A DNA stretch of 63,524 nt, filler included, from Chiloscyllium plagiosum (taxonomy: Eukaryota), in NCBI RefSeq assembly GCF_004010195.1. It is 4 parts of one record of this genome, joined end to end, with 100 filler letters (N's around TTAATTAATTAA, not from the genome) between each part and the next. Parts side by side here need not be neighbours in the genome. Positions count along the whole stretch, not along the records: positions 45,986 to 52,598 come from NC_057716.1; positions 52,699 to 63,524 come from NC_057716.1; 2 more parts are not named here. One strand, 5' to 3'. Each line of letters opens with the position of its first letter. Positions within the stretch are counted from its first letter, which is position 1. The translations under genes were made by a program, and so were the position numbers. Below the pieces are notes generated by a model, which saw nothing but the letters and a program-made list of their open reading frames with translations, ran no database searches and was not told where the DNA came from. Below are positions 50,942-62,702 of this stretch, in pieces.

Positions 50942-52698
50942 GTAGGACAGTGAAGTTATGGGGCAGGTAGGACTTGAACCCAGTCCAGAGGTAGGGACGC
51001 TCCCACCACACTGCGGGAACGCCCCCCCCCCCCATCCCCCTTGAGTAGCTGCTCCCGGCTTTATTCATAGCCAGGCACCTCACCTTTTGCCCTAAATCCA
51101 TTTTCCAGCCACATCGCGTGCCAATCGCCCCTTCCCCGTACCCCATGTGACAGCACAGTGGCAGGCACTCCGAGTTTGAAGATTGTTAGCTTAACACCAG
51201 AAAGGGGAGTGTCCTCTCCAGGCTGGCACTGTCAGAGCTGTACCATCAGAGGCTGTTGCTATTCCACCCAGGCTACCCTCTCAGATAGACACAGAAATGA
51301 GCATGGATGGTCATGGCTTTGAAGAGAGCTCTCTCTCTCTCTCTCCATTGTCCAGGGCAATGTTTACCCCTGTCGGAAGCACAAAAACAGACCGTTTGGT
51401 TATTGTCTCACCGTCATTTTGCAATTTGTGGGATCTTGCTGTGCACAAATTGCCTGCTGTCTTTCCTACTTTACAGCAGTGGCTACACTTCAGGGGCTGT
51501 CCTCACCTTGAGAGTCATTTGAGAAATTTCACCGGTGAGATGAGAAGGTGTGAGCAACATTAATTCCCCATCCCTAATTGCCCTCCAACAGATTACCACT
51601 ACCTTCTCAAGGGTAATTAAGGTTAGGAAATAAATACTGAGCGAGCCAGCAGTGTCCACATCCTGTAGAATGGTTTTGAGGGGAGCTGTCTTCTTGTATT
51701 GCTGTAGTCCTGGGAGCGTGGGTAGACTCACAATGCCATCAGGGAGGGAACCCTGAGGGAATTCAGTGACACTGAAGGGACGGCAATAGATTTCCCAGTC
51801 AGGATGGTGAGCGGCTTGGAGGGGAACTCGCAGGGGGGTGGGGTTCTCATGTATCTGCTGCCCTTGTCCTTCAAGGGGGTAGAGGTCATGGGTGTGGAAA
51901 GTGCTGTCTGAGGAGCCTTGATGCGTCGCTGCTGTGTCTCTGATCGATGGTAGACACTGCTGTTACTGTGCACTGGATGGGAGTTCCGTTAAAATACAGG
52001 CGTTACTGTAATTGTGCTGACTCCTGTATATTGAGGCTTTGATGAGCCACAGTGTCTTTACACTATTGATCGATGAGTCTTTACGATATTTCATCACAAC
52101 TAACCCTGAGCCGTTGGGGTCTGACTGTGTCAGGTCACGAGCTGAGACTGCACCTGAAAATGCATCATTAATTTCTCCAGGAGCACCCACCGATTCCGTC
52201 GGGGAATGGGAATCAGTCACTCAGACCGGGTTTGAAATGCATGACATGATCCACATGGTGGGAGGGAAACACGTCCATATTTATTGGAAAATGTCTGGCC
52301 CTTGATATGGAGAATGGACATAACTGAAGCCTCAGTTCCCAGTGAGCTGCTCGGGGTTAGCGTGAGAGTCCAGTTTGTGAGGACTATGAACCATTAGGAA
52401 CAGGGACTCTGATTCCGAGTGCGGGGGGAGGGGGGGAAAGGAAAAGTGGGAATGAATTTCTTTGGGCTGGGAAAAAGGATGGGAAAGTACTGGGGTCACC
52501 GAATGGCAAGAGAGAGAGAGAAAGAGAGAGATTGGGTGAAAGAGAGCGAGAAACTGGGCTAGTGAGAGAGAGAGAGAGGGGGGGAGAGACTGGGCTAGNN
52601 NNNNNNNNNNNNNNNNNNNNNNNNNNNNNNNNNNNNNNNNNNTTAATTAATTAANNNNNNNNNNNNNNNNNNNNNNNNNNNNNNNNNNNNNNNNNNNN

Positions 52699-52958
52699 CA
52701 CGCGGTGTCCACCAACACCCTGGAGTTGTTCAGGGAGAGGTGGGCGCCGCAGGGAGTGGAGTGCATCATTTCTCCCTCCAACTCTAGTTTGATTTAGTCC
52801 CTACCCTCCCCTTCACTGTTTTGATCACACAGCACTGCCCTCTGATGTGAAGGGCAGTGTTTGTCACTGGCCACCCGGGTGTTTTCCTATCTTCCCGGTG
52901 GTGGAAATTGAATAAAGATTCGTGCACTTTGTGTCTAAAAAAAAATAAATAAATAAAA
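52699..52958 (+). mobile_element. Tx1/L1-clade LINE 3' end with poly(A) signal and A-tail
   Basis: HAVSTNTLELFRERWAPQGVECII..* ORF2 C-terminus (recalled similarity); AATAAA at 52911-52916; A-rich tail at 52937-52958. Confidence 0.65.
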
Positions 52959-54774
52959 TGGAATTGAATTACTTGAGATGTTAGTTCTCTGGTGATCTGA
53001 GTCCAACAAAAGCAGATTTTTTTTTCCCAGCGATGAGAAGCTTGCAGAGGGATTTGGGTATTTTTGTACAAGAAGTTGGCATTTACAAACCCACAGTGTC
53101 CTGGCCTCAGGTCTGGCTCACCTCCACAAAGGAACCATCACCCTCACTTCTTTCCAAGTTTGGAGAGTAGTTTAGGAGCAAGGTGCACTGAAGGGAATTC
53201 TCTCACCATCATGCCTGGTCTCGTTTCTCTATCTGGCTGTCACCCATTTTCTTTCTCTGCCTGTACATCCTACAGGTGCAGGGTGACCACCTCCTGAAAC
53301 CCCGCTCACCACAAAGACCTCAGCTTGGTCAATACTCCGTCATCCACCTCCAGCTGCTCCAAAGGTTGGGGTCTGAGTTGCTCCAGCCGGAGGCACACCC
53401 TACATGCAAGGTCATCTGCTCCACCATGGGGTTTTCAGATTTCCCACACAGGGCAGGGTGTGCAAAAGACAGGCTTGAGCTTCCCCCAACCTACCTTAAT
53501 TATATGGAATACAGACACTTGTATTTATTTCAACACTTAGTCCTACTTAAGGAATGTCAGATCAACCATGATCCTACTGAATGACAGAACAGGCTCAAGG
53601 GCTACTCCTGTTCCCATTTCCTACAGTCTTAAGGAGATCAGTTAGCTCAGTTGGCTGGACGGCTGGTTTGTGATGCAGAATGATGTGAACAGCATAGGCT
53701 CAGATTATCGTAAAGGGATCTCCTTCTCATACAAACATAGAAACATAGAAGATAGGAGCAGGAGGCGGCCATTCAGCCCATCAAGCCTGCTCTACCATTT
53801 ATCACAATCATGGCTGATCATTTAATGCAATAGCCGAATCCTCCTTTTTCCCCACAACCTTTGATCCCATTTGCCCCAAGTGCTATGTCTAGCCGCCTCT
53901 TGAATACATTCGATGTTTTGGCATCATCTACCTTCTGTGTAAGGAATTCCACAGGCTCTCCACTCTTTGGGTGAAGATATGTCACCTTATCTCTGTCCTA
54001 AATTGTCCACCCCAAATCCTCAGACTGTGACCTCTGGTTCTGGAGACACCCACCTTTGGGAACATCCTCCGTGCATCCACCCTGCCTAGTCCCATTAGCA
54101 TTTTATAAGTCTCTGAGATGCCCCTCATTGGCCCGAACTCCAGCAAAAACAATCCTGACCTCGTTCTCATTCCTGATGAAGAGCTTTTGCCTGAAACGTC
54201 AATTTTCCTGCTCCTCGGGTGCTGTCTGACCTGCTGTGCTTTTCCAGCACCAAGGCCCTGTATAACTGCAGCAACACACCCCTGCTCCTGTACTCAACCT
54301 CTCCCAGTGAAGGCCAACATCCCATTTGCCGCCTTTACCACCTGCTGCACCTGCACGCTTACCATCAGCAACTGATGCACAAGGACACCCAGCTCCCACT
54401 GCACACTCCCCTCTCCCAATTTACAGCCATTCAGGTCATAATCTGCCACTTTGGTTTTGCTTCCAAAGTGAATAACCTTGCATTTATCCAAATTATATGG
54501 CATCTGCCATTGATTTGCCCACTCACCCAACCTGTCCAGATCATACTGAACATCTCTGCATCCTCGTCACAGTTCACCCTCCCACCCAACTTAGTGTCAT
54601 CTGCAAACTTTGAGATGTTACACATTGTTCCCTCATCCAAATCATTAATATAATAAATAACTGGGGTGCCAGCACTGATCTCTGTGTCGCCTCACTAGTT
54701 ACTACTTGCCAATTTGAAAAGGACCCATTAATTCCTACTCTTTGTTTCCTCTCTGCCAACCAGTTTTCTATCCA

Positions 54775-55007
54775 AAAAGAGAAAATGCTGGAAAATCTCA
54801 GCAAGTCTGGCAGCATCTGTAAGGAGAGAAAAGAGCTGACGTTTCGAGTCTAACTGACCCTTTGTCAAAGCTTTGACAAAGGGTCAGTTAGACTCGAAAC
54901 GTCAGCTCTTTTCTCTCCTTACAGATGCTGCCAGACTTGCTGAGATTTTCCAGCATTTTCTCTTTTTTTGGTTTCAGATTCCAGCATCCGCAGTAATTTG
55001 CTTTTAT
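54775..55007. mobile_element. Young PLE-derived insertion, family D: perfect 194-bp palindrome plus 40-nt tail
   Basis: 54774-54967 is an exact palindrome centred on AAGCTT; TSD CCAGTTTTCTATCCA at 54760-54774 and 55008-55022. Confidence 0.93.
54869..54907 (+). ncRNA. Variant minimal hammerhead ribozyme (U3-A8 core), mirrored on -
   Basis: AGCU-UUGACAA-A-GGGUC AGUUA GACUC-GAAA-CGUC-AGCU; 4-bp stem I and 5-bp stem II. Confidence 0.7.
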
Positions 55008-57473
55008 CCAGTTTTCTATCCATCTCAATACACTTCCCCTAATCCCATGCGCTTTAATCTTGCACAATATTCTCTTATATGCGGGACTTTGTGAAACGCT
55101 TTCTGAAAGACCAAATAAACCACATTGACTGTGTCCCCCTTCCCAACTCTACTAGTTATGTCTTCATAGAATTCCGACAGATTTGTCAAGCACAATTTCC
55201 CCTTCATAACTCCATACCGACTCTGTCTGATCCTTCCACAGCTTTCTAAATACGCCACCACTAAGTCCTTGATAATTTCAGAGAATTTTCCCCACTACCG
55301 ATGTTAGGCTTACTAGTCTATAATTCCCTGGTTTCTCTCTACCTCTCTTTTTGAATATTGGAATGATATTAGATACCCTCCAATCTGCAGGGACTGTATC
55401 AGAGTCTATCGAATCCTGGAATATGACCATCAATGCATCCACTATTCTACAGCCACTTCCTTAAATACTCTGGGATGTAGATTGCCTGAGGCATGATGTT
55501 CCTCAGGTTAAACCACCACCAGTAAATTCTTTCTTTCTGATGAGATCGCGGCGCTGTGTTCTGATAGGACTATGGAGACTTGACCTTTCCTAATCCTACT
55601 TAGGTTTAGACTAGAAAAATCTTATTTTTGTATAAGTCAAACAATAGAACCCACTGAACTCTATCGAGTGAAATATTGTTGAAACAACTCAAATGCCATT
55701 CCACCTGAGTCTGGGAGCTCTCGTCTCGCACTGCTCTGATAAACGTCTCAGTGCCCGCTCCTGAGTTCCGTACTGATCGACCTCCAGTCTGTCTGCATCT
55801 GGGAATGTTCCACTCTTGCTGCTGCTTTTAACCTTCCCATTCCCACAGGTCTCCCACCAGCCTCTCTGTTTCTGGGAGCTCTTTGCTCTCGCTGCTCCTT
55901 TGAACCTCACTGTCACAGCTCCTGGGTGCCTTCACCTAACACTGCGGGCAATTTAGCATGGCCAATTCACCTAACCTGCACGTCTTTGGACATGGGGAGA
56001 ATGTACAAACACCACACAGACAGTTGCCTGAGGTGGGAATTGAACCCGGGTCTTTGGCGCTGTGAGGCAGCAGTGCTAACCACTGTGCCACCGTGCTGCC
56101 CATGATGATCATGGCTGTTGTATTATTGCATGCATTCCAGAAAAGCAGTTACTTTTAAGAAACTGGATGCCATCATGACATGCGATATTCAACATAATGG
56201 TCCTCCCCTCCCCTTCTACAATCACAGTGCAATGGATTCAATGCATTGTGTAGTCTTACAGTCACATAATGTAGCTATAACATCAGTGACACAAGAACTA
56301 GGCTATATGTAGATCTGAGATTTTCTAACACTGTGAATAGTTTGCGTTGTTAATCAACTTCAAGATCTGTCTCAAACAGAACCCAGTCTTTATGATAGAT
56401 GTTACAATGGCTAACATCGAGGGAAGCAAACAGATTATTATCATACTAGCAGAAGAATTCAAATCATTAAAAGCCATCATCGATTGTTGGGAAAACCCCA
56501 TCTGATTCACTAATGTCCTTTAGGGAAGGAGATTGTTATCCTTACCTGGTCTGACCTACACGTGACTCCAGACCCACAGTAATGGGGTTGACTCTAATGA
56601 GCTCAGATCAAAGGCAATTCAGGATCAGTGACAAATGCAGGCCTTGCCAGTGAGTCCCTGGTGCCATGTGTAAGTAAAGGACAATGCAGAGGAAACATGA
56701 GCTGCTCAGGCACTGCGTTGAGGAGGGCCATCCCTATGGGTGAACATATTCATGTTGAACCATGCAAGTCATAGAAACATAGAAATCACTGAATTTTACA
56801 GGACAGAATGAGGCCATTCAGCCTATTGTGGCTGTACCCATCCACTCCCACTCTCCATTGCCCTGTAAATTCATCATGTTCAAATATATATCCAAGAGAA
56901 CATGGAAAATAGGAGCAGGAGTAGGCCATTCGGCCCCTCAGCCTGCTCCACAGTCATTATGATCATGGCTGATCATTGAGCTCAATACCCTGACCCCATC
57001 CTCCTCCTCCAATCCCTTCAGCCACAAGAGCTATATTTACCTCCCTTTTGAATACGCATTATGTTTTGGCCTTAACCACTTTCTGTGCTAGTGAATTCCA
57101 CATTCTCCCCACTCTCTGGACGGTGACATTTCTCCTCAGCTCAGTCTTAAAAGATTTGCCCCTTACCCTTCAACTATGACCCCTGGTTCCGGACTCCATG
57201 GTCAGCAGGAACGCCCTTCCTCCACCTAACCCAGCCAGTAGAATTTTATAGCTTCTAATGAGATCCCTCCCTTTGATCTTCTAAGCCCCAGTGAATATAA
57301 TACTAACCAACTCAATCTCTCCTCATACGTCAGGCTTGCCATCCCAAGGTTCAATCTGGGAAATGTTCGCGGCACTCCCTCCATCACCAGAACGTCCCTC
57401 CTCAGACCAGGAGACCAACACTGCGCAATGTTCCTGCTGTGGGTCTCACCAATGCCCTGCGTAATTGCAGCAA

Positions 57474-57765
57474 TGATTTGGAGACACCAGTGTTGGACTG
57501 GGGTGTACAGAGTTAAAAATCACACAGCACACCAGGTTATAGTCCAACAGGTTTAATTGGAAGCACTAGCTTTCGGAGCGACGCTCCTTCATCAGGTGAT
57601 TGTGGAAAATAAGATTGTAAGACACAGAATTTATAGCAAAAGTTTTGCTATAAACTCTGTGTCTTAAATCTTATACCCCACAACCACCTGATGAAGGAGC
57701 AGCGCTCCGAAAGCTAGTGCTTCCAATTAAATCTGTTGGACTGTAACCTGGTGCTGTGTGATTTC
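57474..57765. mobile_element. PLE-derived inverted insertion, family C, nested in a CR1 (56770-57790, -)
   Basis: TSD TAATTGCAGCAA at 57462-57473 and 57766-57777; arms centred near 57642. Confidence 0.9.
57685..57719 (+). ncRNA. Intact minimal hammerhead ribozyme (second copy on - at 57564-57598)
   Basis: CAC-CUGAUGA-A-GGAGC AGC GCUCC-GAAA-GCUA-GUG; stem I is CAC/GUG, palindromic AGCU. Confidence 0.8.
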
Positions 57766-58459
57766 TAATTGCAGCAAGATATCCTCGTTGTGATTATTAA
57801 ATGTGATTCCAGGGAGCCAGAGATTGTAACACAGTAAATTTTATTAAAGTTGAATGTGCTGGATCAGAGTGGAAAAAAAAGGAACACTTCTTGTAGTTAG
57901 AATATAAAGCAGACAGCTCACACTGAATGACACAGCTTTACATACAGAGGGATCAGAAAACTGTAAAATTATTGATGCAAGAAGGTCACTTTCATATATC
58001 TCGTTCCTTGCAATTCAAATTTGCCAGGGAACATCTTATCAATATTTTTTTATTTTTGCTTCACTTTTTAAATTATTACATTAATTCTCAATAAAATAAT
58101 TTATAAATGTATACTCATATACATAAAACCCCGACACCCGTCCCCCAGGCAGCTGTGGGAGCAGGGGATATAAAAAAGTCTGTTACCGTACACAGTGCAA
58201 AGTGCAAGATTCGAAACACAAAGGCAGATGATTTTAACAGGTTACAAAACAGAGACCACCGAGCGGGTAAGGTAAAAAAAATCCCAGGTGTCCGAGGTCT
58301 GAAATTCACAATTTGACTCACTCACCTCCCCTCTTCTCGAGCCTTCTCCCTCTCACAGCCCCCTCCACCTCCCCATCTAGTCCAGTGTATCAGCAGCCTC
58401 TGATCATAGGGAATAGCAAGCCCTGTTCAGTAACCTTCCCTAACTGCACAGCATTTACA

Positions 58460-60140
58460 GTCATAGAGTGATAGAGATTTGCAGCATGCAAACAGGCCCT
58501 TTGGCCCAACTTGTCCATGCTACCCCATTTTCACAATTAATCTAGTCCCATTTAGAGTCAGTGTTGGAAAGATGTACAGCATTTTTCTGTGTTTGTCCCA
58601 TATTCCTCCATACTTATCCCATCCATGTACCTGTACAAATGTTTCTTAAATGACAAAATTGCTTTCAGCACTATCTCTGGTATCCCATTCCAAATACTCA
58701 CCACCCAAAAAAGTTGCCCGTCTTGTATATCTTTTGTTCCCCCCCTCCTTTTGTATGTCTCCCCTCTCACCTTAACCTATCCCCTCTAGTTTTAGGCTCC
58801 CCTATCCTCGGGAAAAGCTGTTGGCTATCTACCTTATCCATGCCTCTCATGATTTTATCGATGTACAGCACATGGAGCTAACCTGGGGTTCTTGTGGTGG
58901 TGCCCCTATCTCTGGACCAGGAGGCATGGGTTCAAGTCCCACCTGCTCCAGAGGTGACCCACTGAACAGGTTCATTAAGATTATCCACAGGGAGGGAGCA
59001 AACCCCAACAGCTCACAATGCCTCGAGGGACGATGTGTTTGAAGTGTATCAGATCCTGAATGAGCTTGACAAGGTTCGAGGGGGAAATGACGTTTCTTGT
59101 TGTGGGATAGTCCAAAATGACAGGGCACCTTCTTAAAATGAGCAGTCACCCCTTTAAGACAGAGACGGGGGAGAAACCTTTACTCTCGGAGGGTTCACGT
59201 GATATTGGAATTTCCTGAAAACAATGGAGATAACGTGTTTGGGGAAAGTCTATGATTATTGGGCAGGGAAGGGTAAATAGGAGTAGGGAATTCAAAACAC
59301 AAATAGGTCAGTCAGGATCTTATAAAATAACAGAGCAAGCTCAAGGGGGCGACCAAATGGACTACCTCTGCTCTTCTTCAGAGTATTCATTGGTTCGAAG
59401 ATGTGCCCAGGCTTGATAACACAGCTGTCTTAAAGGGACCACGCAGTGCAGCAAGCAGGGTGCAGGGTTCTGAGCAATTAGAGGGAATGATACTCCTGTA
59501 ATTATCGAGAACTCTAGCGAACCATTTATCTAAAAATATAACAATTAGTTTGCAATAAAATTGCAAGAACCCCCTCCTTCCCGTCTCAGCTAAGATTTCA
59601 TCCAGTCATACACAGGTGTATTCGGAATATTGAGTGCAGTTCTGGTCCCCACATTGCAGGAAGGAAGGTGCAGGCTTTCAAGAGGGCGCAGAAGAGGTTT
59701 ACCAGGGTGGTGCCTGGAATAGAGTGTATTAGCTGTAAGGAGAGGTTGGACAAACTTGGATTGTCTTCACTAGAGTCAGGGGCTGAGGGGCATCCTGATA
59801 GAAGTTTATTAAATTATGAGTGGCACGGACAGGGTGGATAGTCGGAGTCATTTTCTCAGGGTGGAAATGTCAAATATTAGGAGGTGTAGGTTAAAGTTGA
59901 GTGTGTAACTTTTAAAGGAGATGTGCGAGGTAATTCTTTTATGCAAACAATGGTAGGTGCCTGGGAATTGGTCGAAGCAGATACAACAGCAACTTTTAAG
60001 AGGCATTTAGACAGACACAGGAACGGGCAGGGAATGGAGGGATATGGACCATCTGCAGGCAGATGGGATTAGTACGGTATCATGGTCAGCACAGACATGG
60101 TGGGCCGAGGGCCTGTTGCTATACTGTTCAATGTTCTAAG
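58460..60140. mobile_element. Cluster of decayed CR1 3' fragments (58460-58860 -, 59035-59380 +, 59615-60140 +)
   Basis: CR1 C-terminal motifs and GGGCCGA.GGGCCTGT tails. Confidence 0.75.
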
Positions 60141-60474
60141 GCGCGTGGGATTAATTTTGTTTCATCAGCCGTTGTTAATGTTCACCCTCAGCCCCCATAC
60201 CCCTGCTGAGCCAACTATCGACCCTCACCCTGTCAATGAACCAAGGAAACAGCTGTAATGCCCACCCGTTCTGTAATGCTGCCTGGTACCCCGGTTGGCT
60301 GAGGGGCACTGCTCTATTCATTGGTGACAGTTTGGATGTGGAGGCTGCTGGTCTGGGGTATAGATGGGGCACTTCCTTTCAGTTTATACAGTGATTTGTG
60401 GCAGGCCCTATGATTAAATGTAGTCATCTGTCCTTGAACAGCCTTTATTTTCACCGGACTGAAATGATATCCAT

Positions 60475-61455
60475 TAGAGTCATAGAGTCATACAGCACAG
60501 AAACAGACCCTTCGGTCCACCCAGTCTATGCAGACCCTGTTCCCAAACTACACCAGTCCCACCTCCCTGCGCTTGGCCCATATCCCTCCAAACCTTTCCT
60601 ACTCATGTACTTATCCAAATGTCTTTTAAACGTTGTCACTGAACCTGCATCCATCACATTCTCTGGATGTTCACTCCACACATGAACCACCTGCTGTGTA
60701 AAAGTGTTGCCCCTCATGTCTTTTCAAATCTTTCTCCTCTCATCTTAAAAAGATGCCCTCTAGTTTTGAACCCCTTCACCCGAAGGAAAGGCTCTTGTCA
60801 GTCACCTTATATATGCCTCTCATGATTTGATAAACTTCAATAAGGTCAGTCATCCCTCAGCCTCCTACGCTCCAATGAAAACTGTCCCGGCCTTCCCAGT
60901 CTGTTTTTATAACTCAAACACTCCAGTCCCAGCTACATCCTGGTAAATCATTTCAGAACACTTTCCAGTTTGATAACATCTTTCCAAAAGCAGGGCAACC
61001 AACAATATTCCAAAAGTTACCTGTACAACCTCAACATGAATGTCCCAACTCCTGTTCTCAATGGTCTGAGCAATGAACTCAGGTGTGCTAAACACTTTCT
61101 TAACCAGGCGAGAGTGGGGACTGCAGATGCTGGAGATTAGAGTCAAGATTAGAGTGGTGCTGGAAAAGCACAGCAGGTCAGGCAGCATCCGAGGAGCAGG
61201 GAAATTGACGTTTCGGTCCGGAGCCCTTCATCAGGAATCAGGAATTTCCTGATGAAAGGTTCCGGCCTGAAACGTTGATCCTCTTGCTCCTCGGATGCTG
61301 CCTGGCCTGCTGTGCTTTTCCAGCAACACACTCTCAACACTCCCCAAGGCCCTACCATTAACTGTATAAGTCCTGCAATTGTTTGTTTTACCAAAACGCA
61401 GAACCTGGCATTTATCCAAATTAAACTCCATCAGCCACTCCTCAGCCCATTGATC
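60475..61455 (-). mobile_element. CR1 3' fragment with a nested family A inverted PLE piece (61107-61337)
   Basis: CR1 tail at 60475 and MEFNLDKCQVLRFGK at the right end; inverted arms centred near 61240 with CUGAUGA cores. Confidence 0.85.
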
Positions 61456-61939
61456 TGACTCATTAAGATTACACCAGCATGGAGACAGGTCATTCAGCCC
61501 AATGGTCTATGCTGGCTGCTTGTGCTCTACATGTCACCCAGATGGTCACAACGAGTTTATAATGCAAACACAGAGAATGCTGGAGAAACTCTGAGGGTCT
61601 GGCAGCATCTGTGGAGGGACAGATAAGAGATAACTCCAGAAACTGGCTGCATGATGACTGTCCTCCATTTAGTTTACATTCTTCACACTCCACCCCTGCA
61701 ATCTTACCTTGTTTCTGCCTTGGTTACTTTGGGCTGAGTGCAGAGAACTCATTCTCTCCTTTCAACACTTTAATTTACACTCATTTCACTTTTCTCTCTT
61801 TGACCTCCTCCTCCTCCTCTATCTTTTTGCACAGCGCCCATACACTATTTCAACCTTTTCTCTGCCTGTCCCAAAGGTTGAGAAGAATTTTCTAACCACG
61901 CCTCATCTTTTATACTCCTTATCTGGGGAAAGGGAGACT

Positions 61940-62576
61940 GACATTGGGGACAGTCCAGAGAGGGTTCACTCGGCTGATCCTGGAGATGGAGGGTCTGTCT
62001 TATGAGGAGACGTTGAGTCGGTTAGGCCTTTACTCATTGGAGTTTAGAATGAGAGGTGACCTTATGGAAATATACACACGTCTTAGGAGATTTGACAGGG
62101 AAAATATGGAGAGGTTGTTTCCCCCTTGTACAAAAGTCTAGGACGGGAGAGCATGAGGGGGTGACCCATTTTAAATAGAGATGGGGAGGAATTTCTTCTC
62201 TCAGAGGGGAGTGAATCTATGGAATTCTTTACCACAGAGGGCTGTCGAGGCTGGGTCATTAAGAGTGTTCAAAGCTGAGAGAGATTTTAATCAGAATGCA
62301 CTGCCAGTGGTGGTAGTAGGGGCATTTAAGCGAATGCTGGACAAGCACACAGACGGCAGTAAATTGAGGGGTGTGTAGGTTAGGCTGATCTTAGATTAAG
62401 ATAAATGCTCAACACAACATGGTGGGCCAGAGGGCGTGTACTGTTCTATGTTGTATGTTCTAAAGGGAATCGAGGGTTATGAGGAAAAGGCAGGAAGGTG
62501 GAGCGGAGGATGATGATTAGATCAACCCACAACCATATTGAATGACAGAACAGACTCGATGGGCCGAATGGGTCTC
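61940..62576 (+). mobile_element. CR1 3' fragments
   Basis: VQRGFTRLI..MEGLSYEE.LSRLGLYSLEFRMRGDL; RNFFSQRGVNLWNSLP. Confidence 0.85.
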
Positions 62577-62702
62577 CTGAAGAAGGGCCTGTGCCCGAAA
62601 CGTCGAATCTCCTGTTCCCTGGATGCTGCCTGACCTGCTGTGCTGTTCCAGCAATAAAGTTTCAACTTTGATCTCCAGCATCTGCAGACCTTACTTTCTC
62701 CT
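62577..62702 (+). mobile_element. Solo family A PLE pLTR piece starting at the hammerhead core (62577-62604)
   Basis: CUGAAGA-A-GGGC CUGU GCCC-GAAA-CGUC; TSD CGAATGGGTCTC at 62565-62576 and 62703-62714. Confidence 0.85.

Larger units (their letters stand above)
53735..55480 (-). mobile_element. Decayed CR1 ORF2 with two nested PLE pieces
   Basis: ISKFADDTKLGG, IENWLAERKQRVGING, GKLCLTNLSEFYE..VYLVFQKAFHKVPH. Confidence 0.9.

Noticed and set aside
50334..51146. 270-aa ORF on the - strand
   Set aside because: Antisense shadow of the GC3-rich intermediate filament exon; no recognisable domain.
53015..53075. Acceptor-like TTTTTTTCCCAG followed by a purine-rich stretch as candidate exon 2
   Set aside because: The translation does not resemble IF coil 1B; the sequence looks like a CR1 remnant (CAGAGGGATTTGGG).
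54774..54967. miRNA precursor or DNA-transposon MITE interpretation of the palindromes
   Set aside because: Long variable TSDs, the one-sided tail, hammerhead cores and linkage to a GIY-YIG ORF fit PLE retroelements better.
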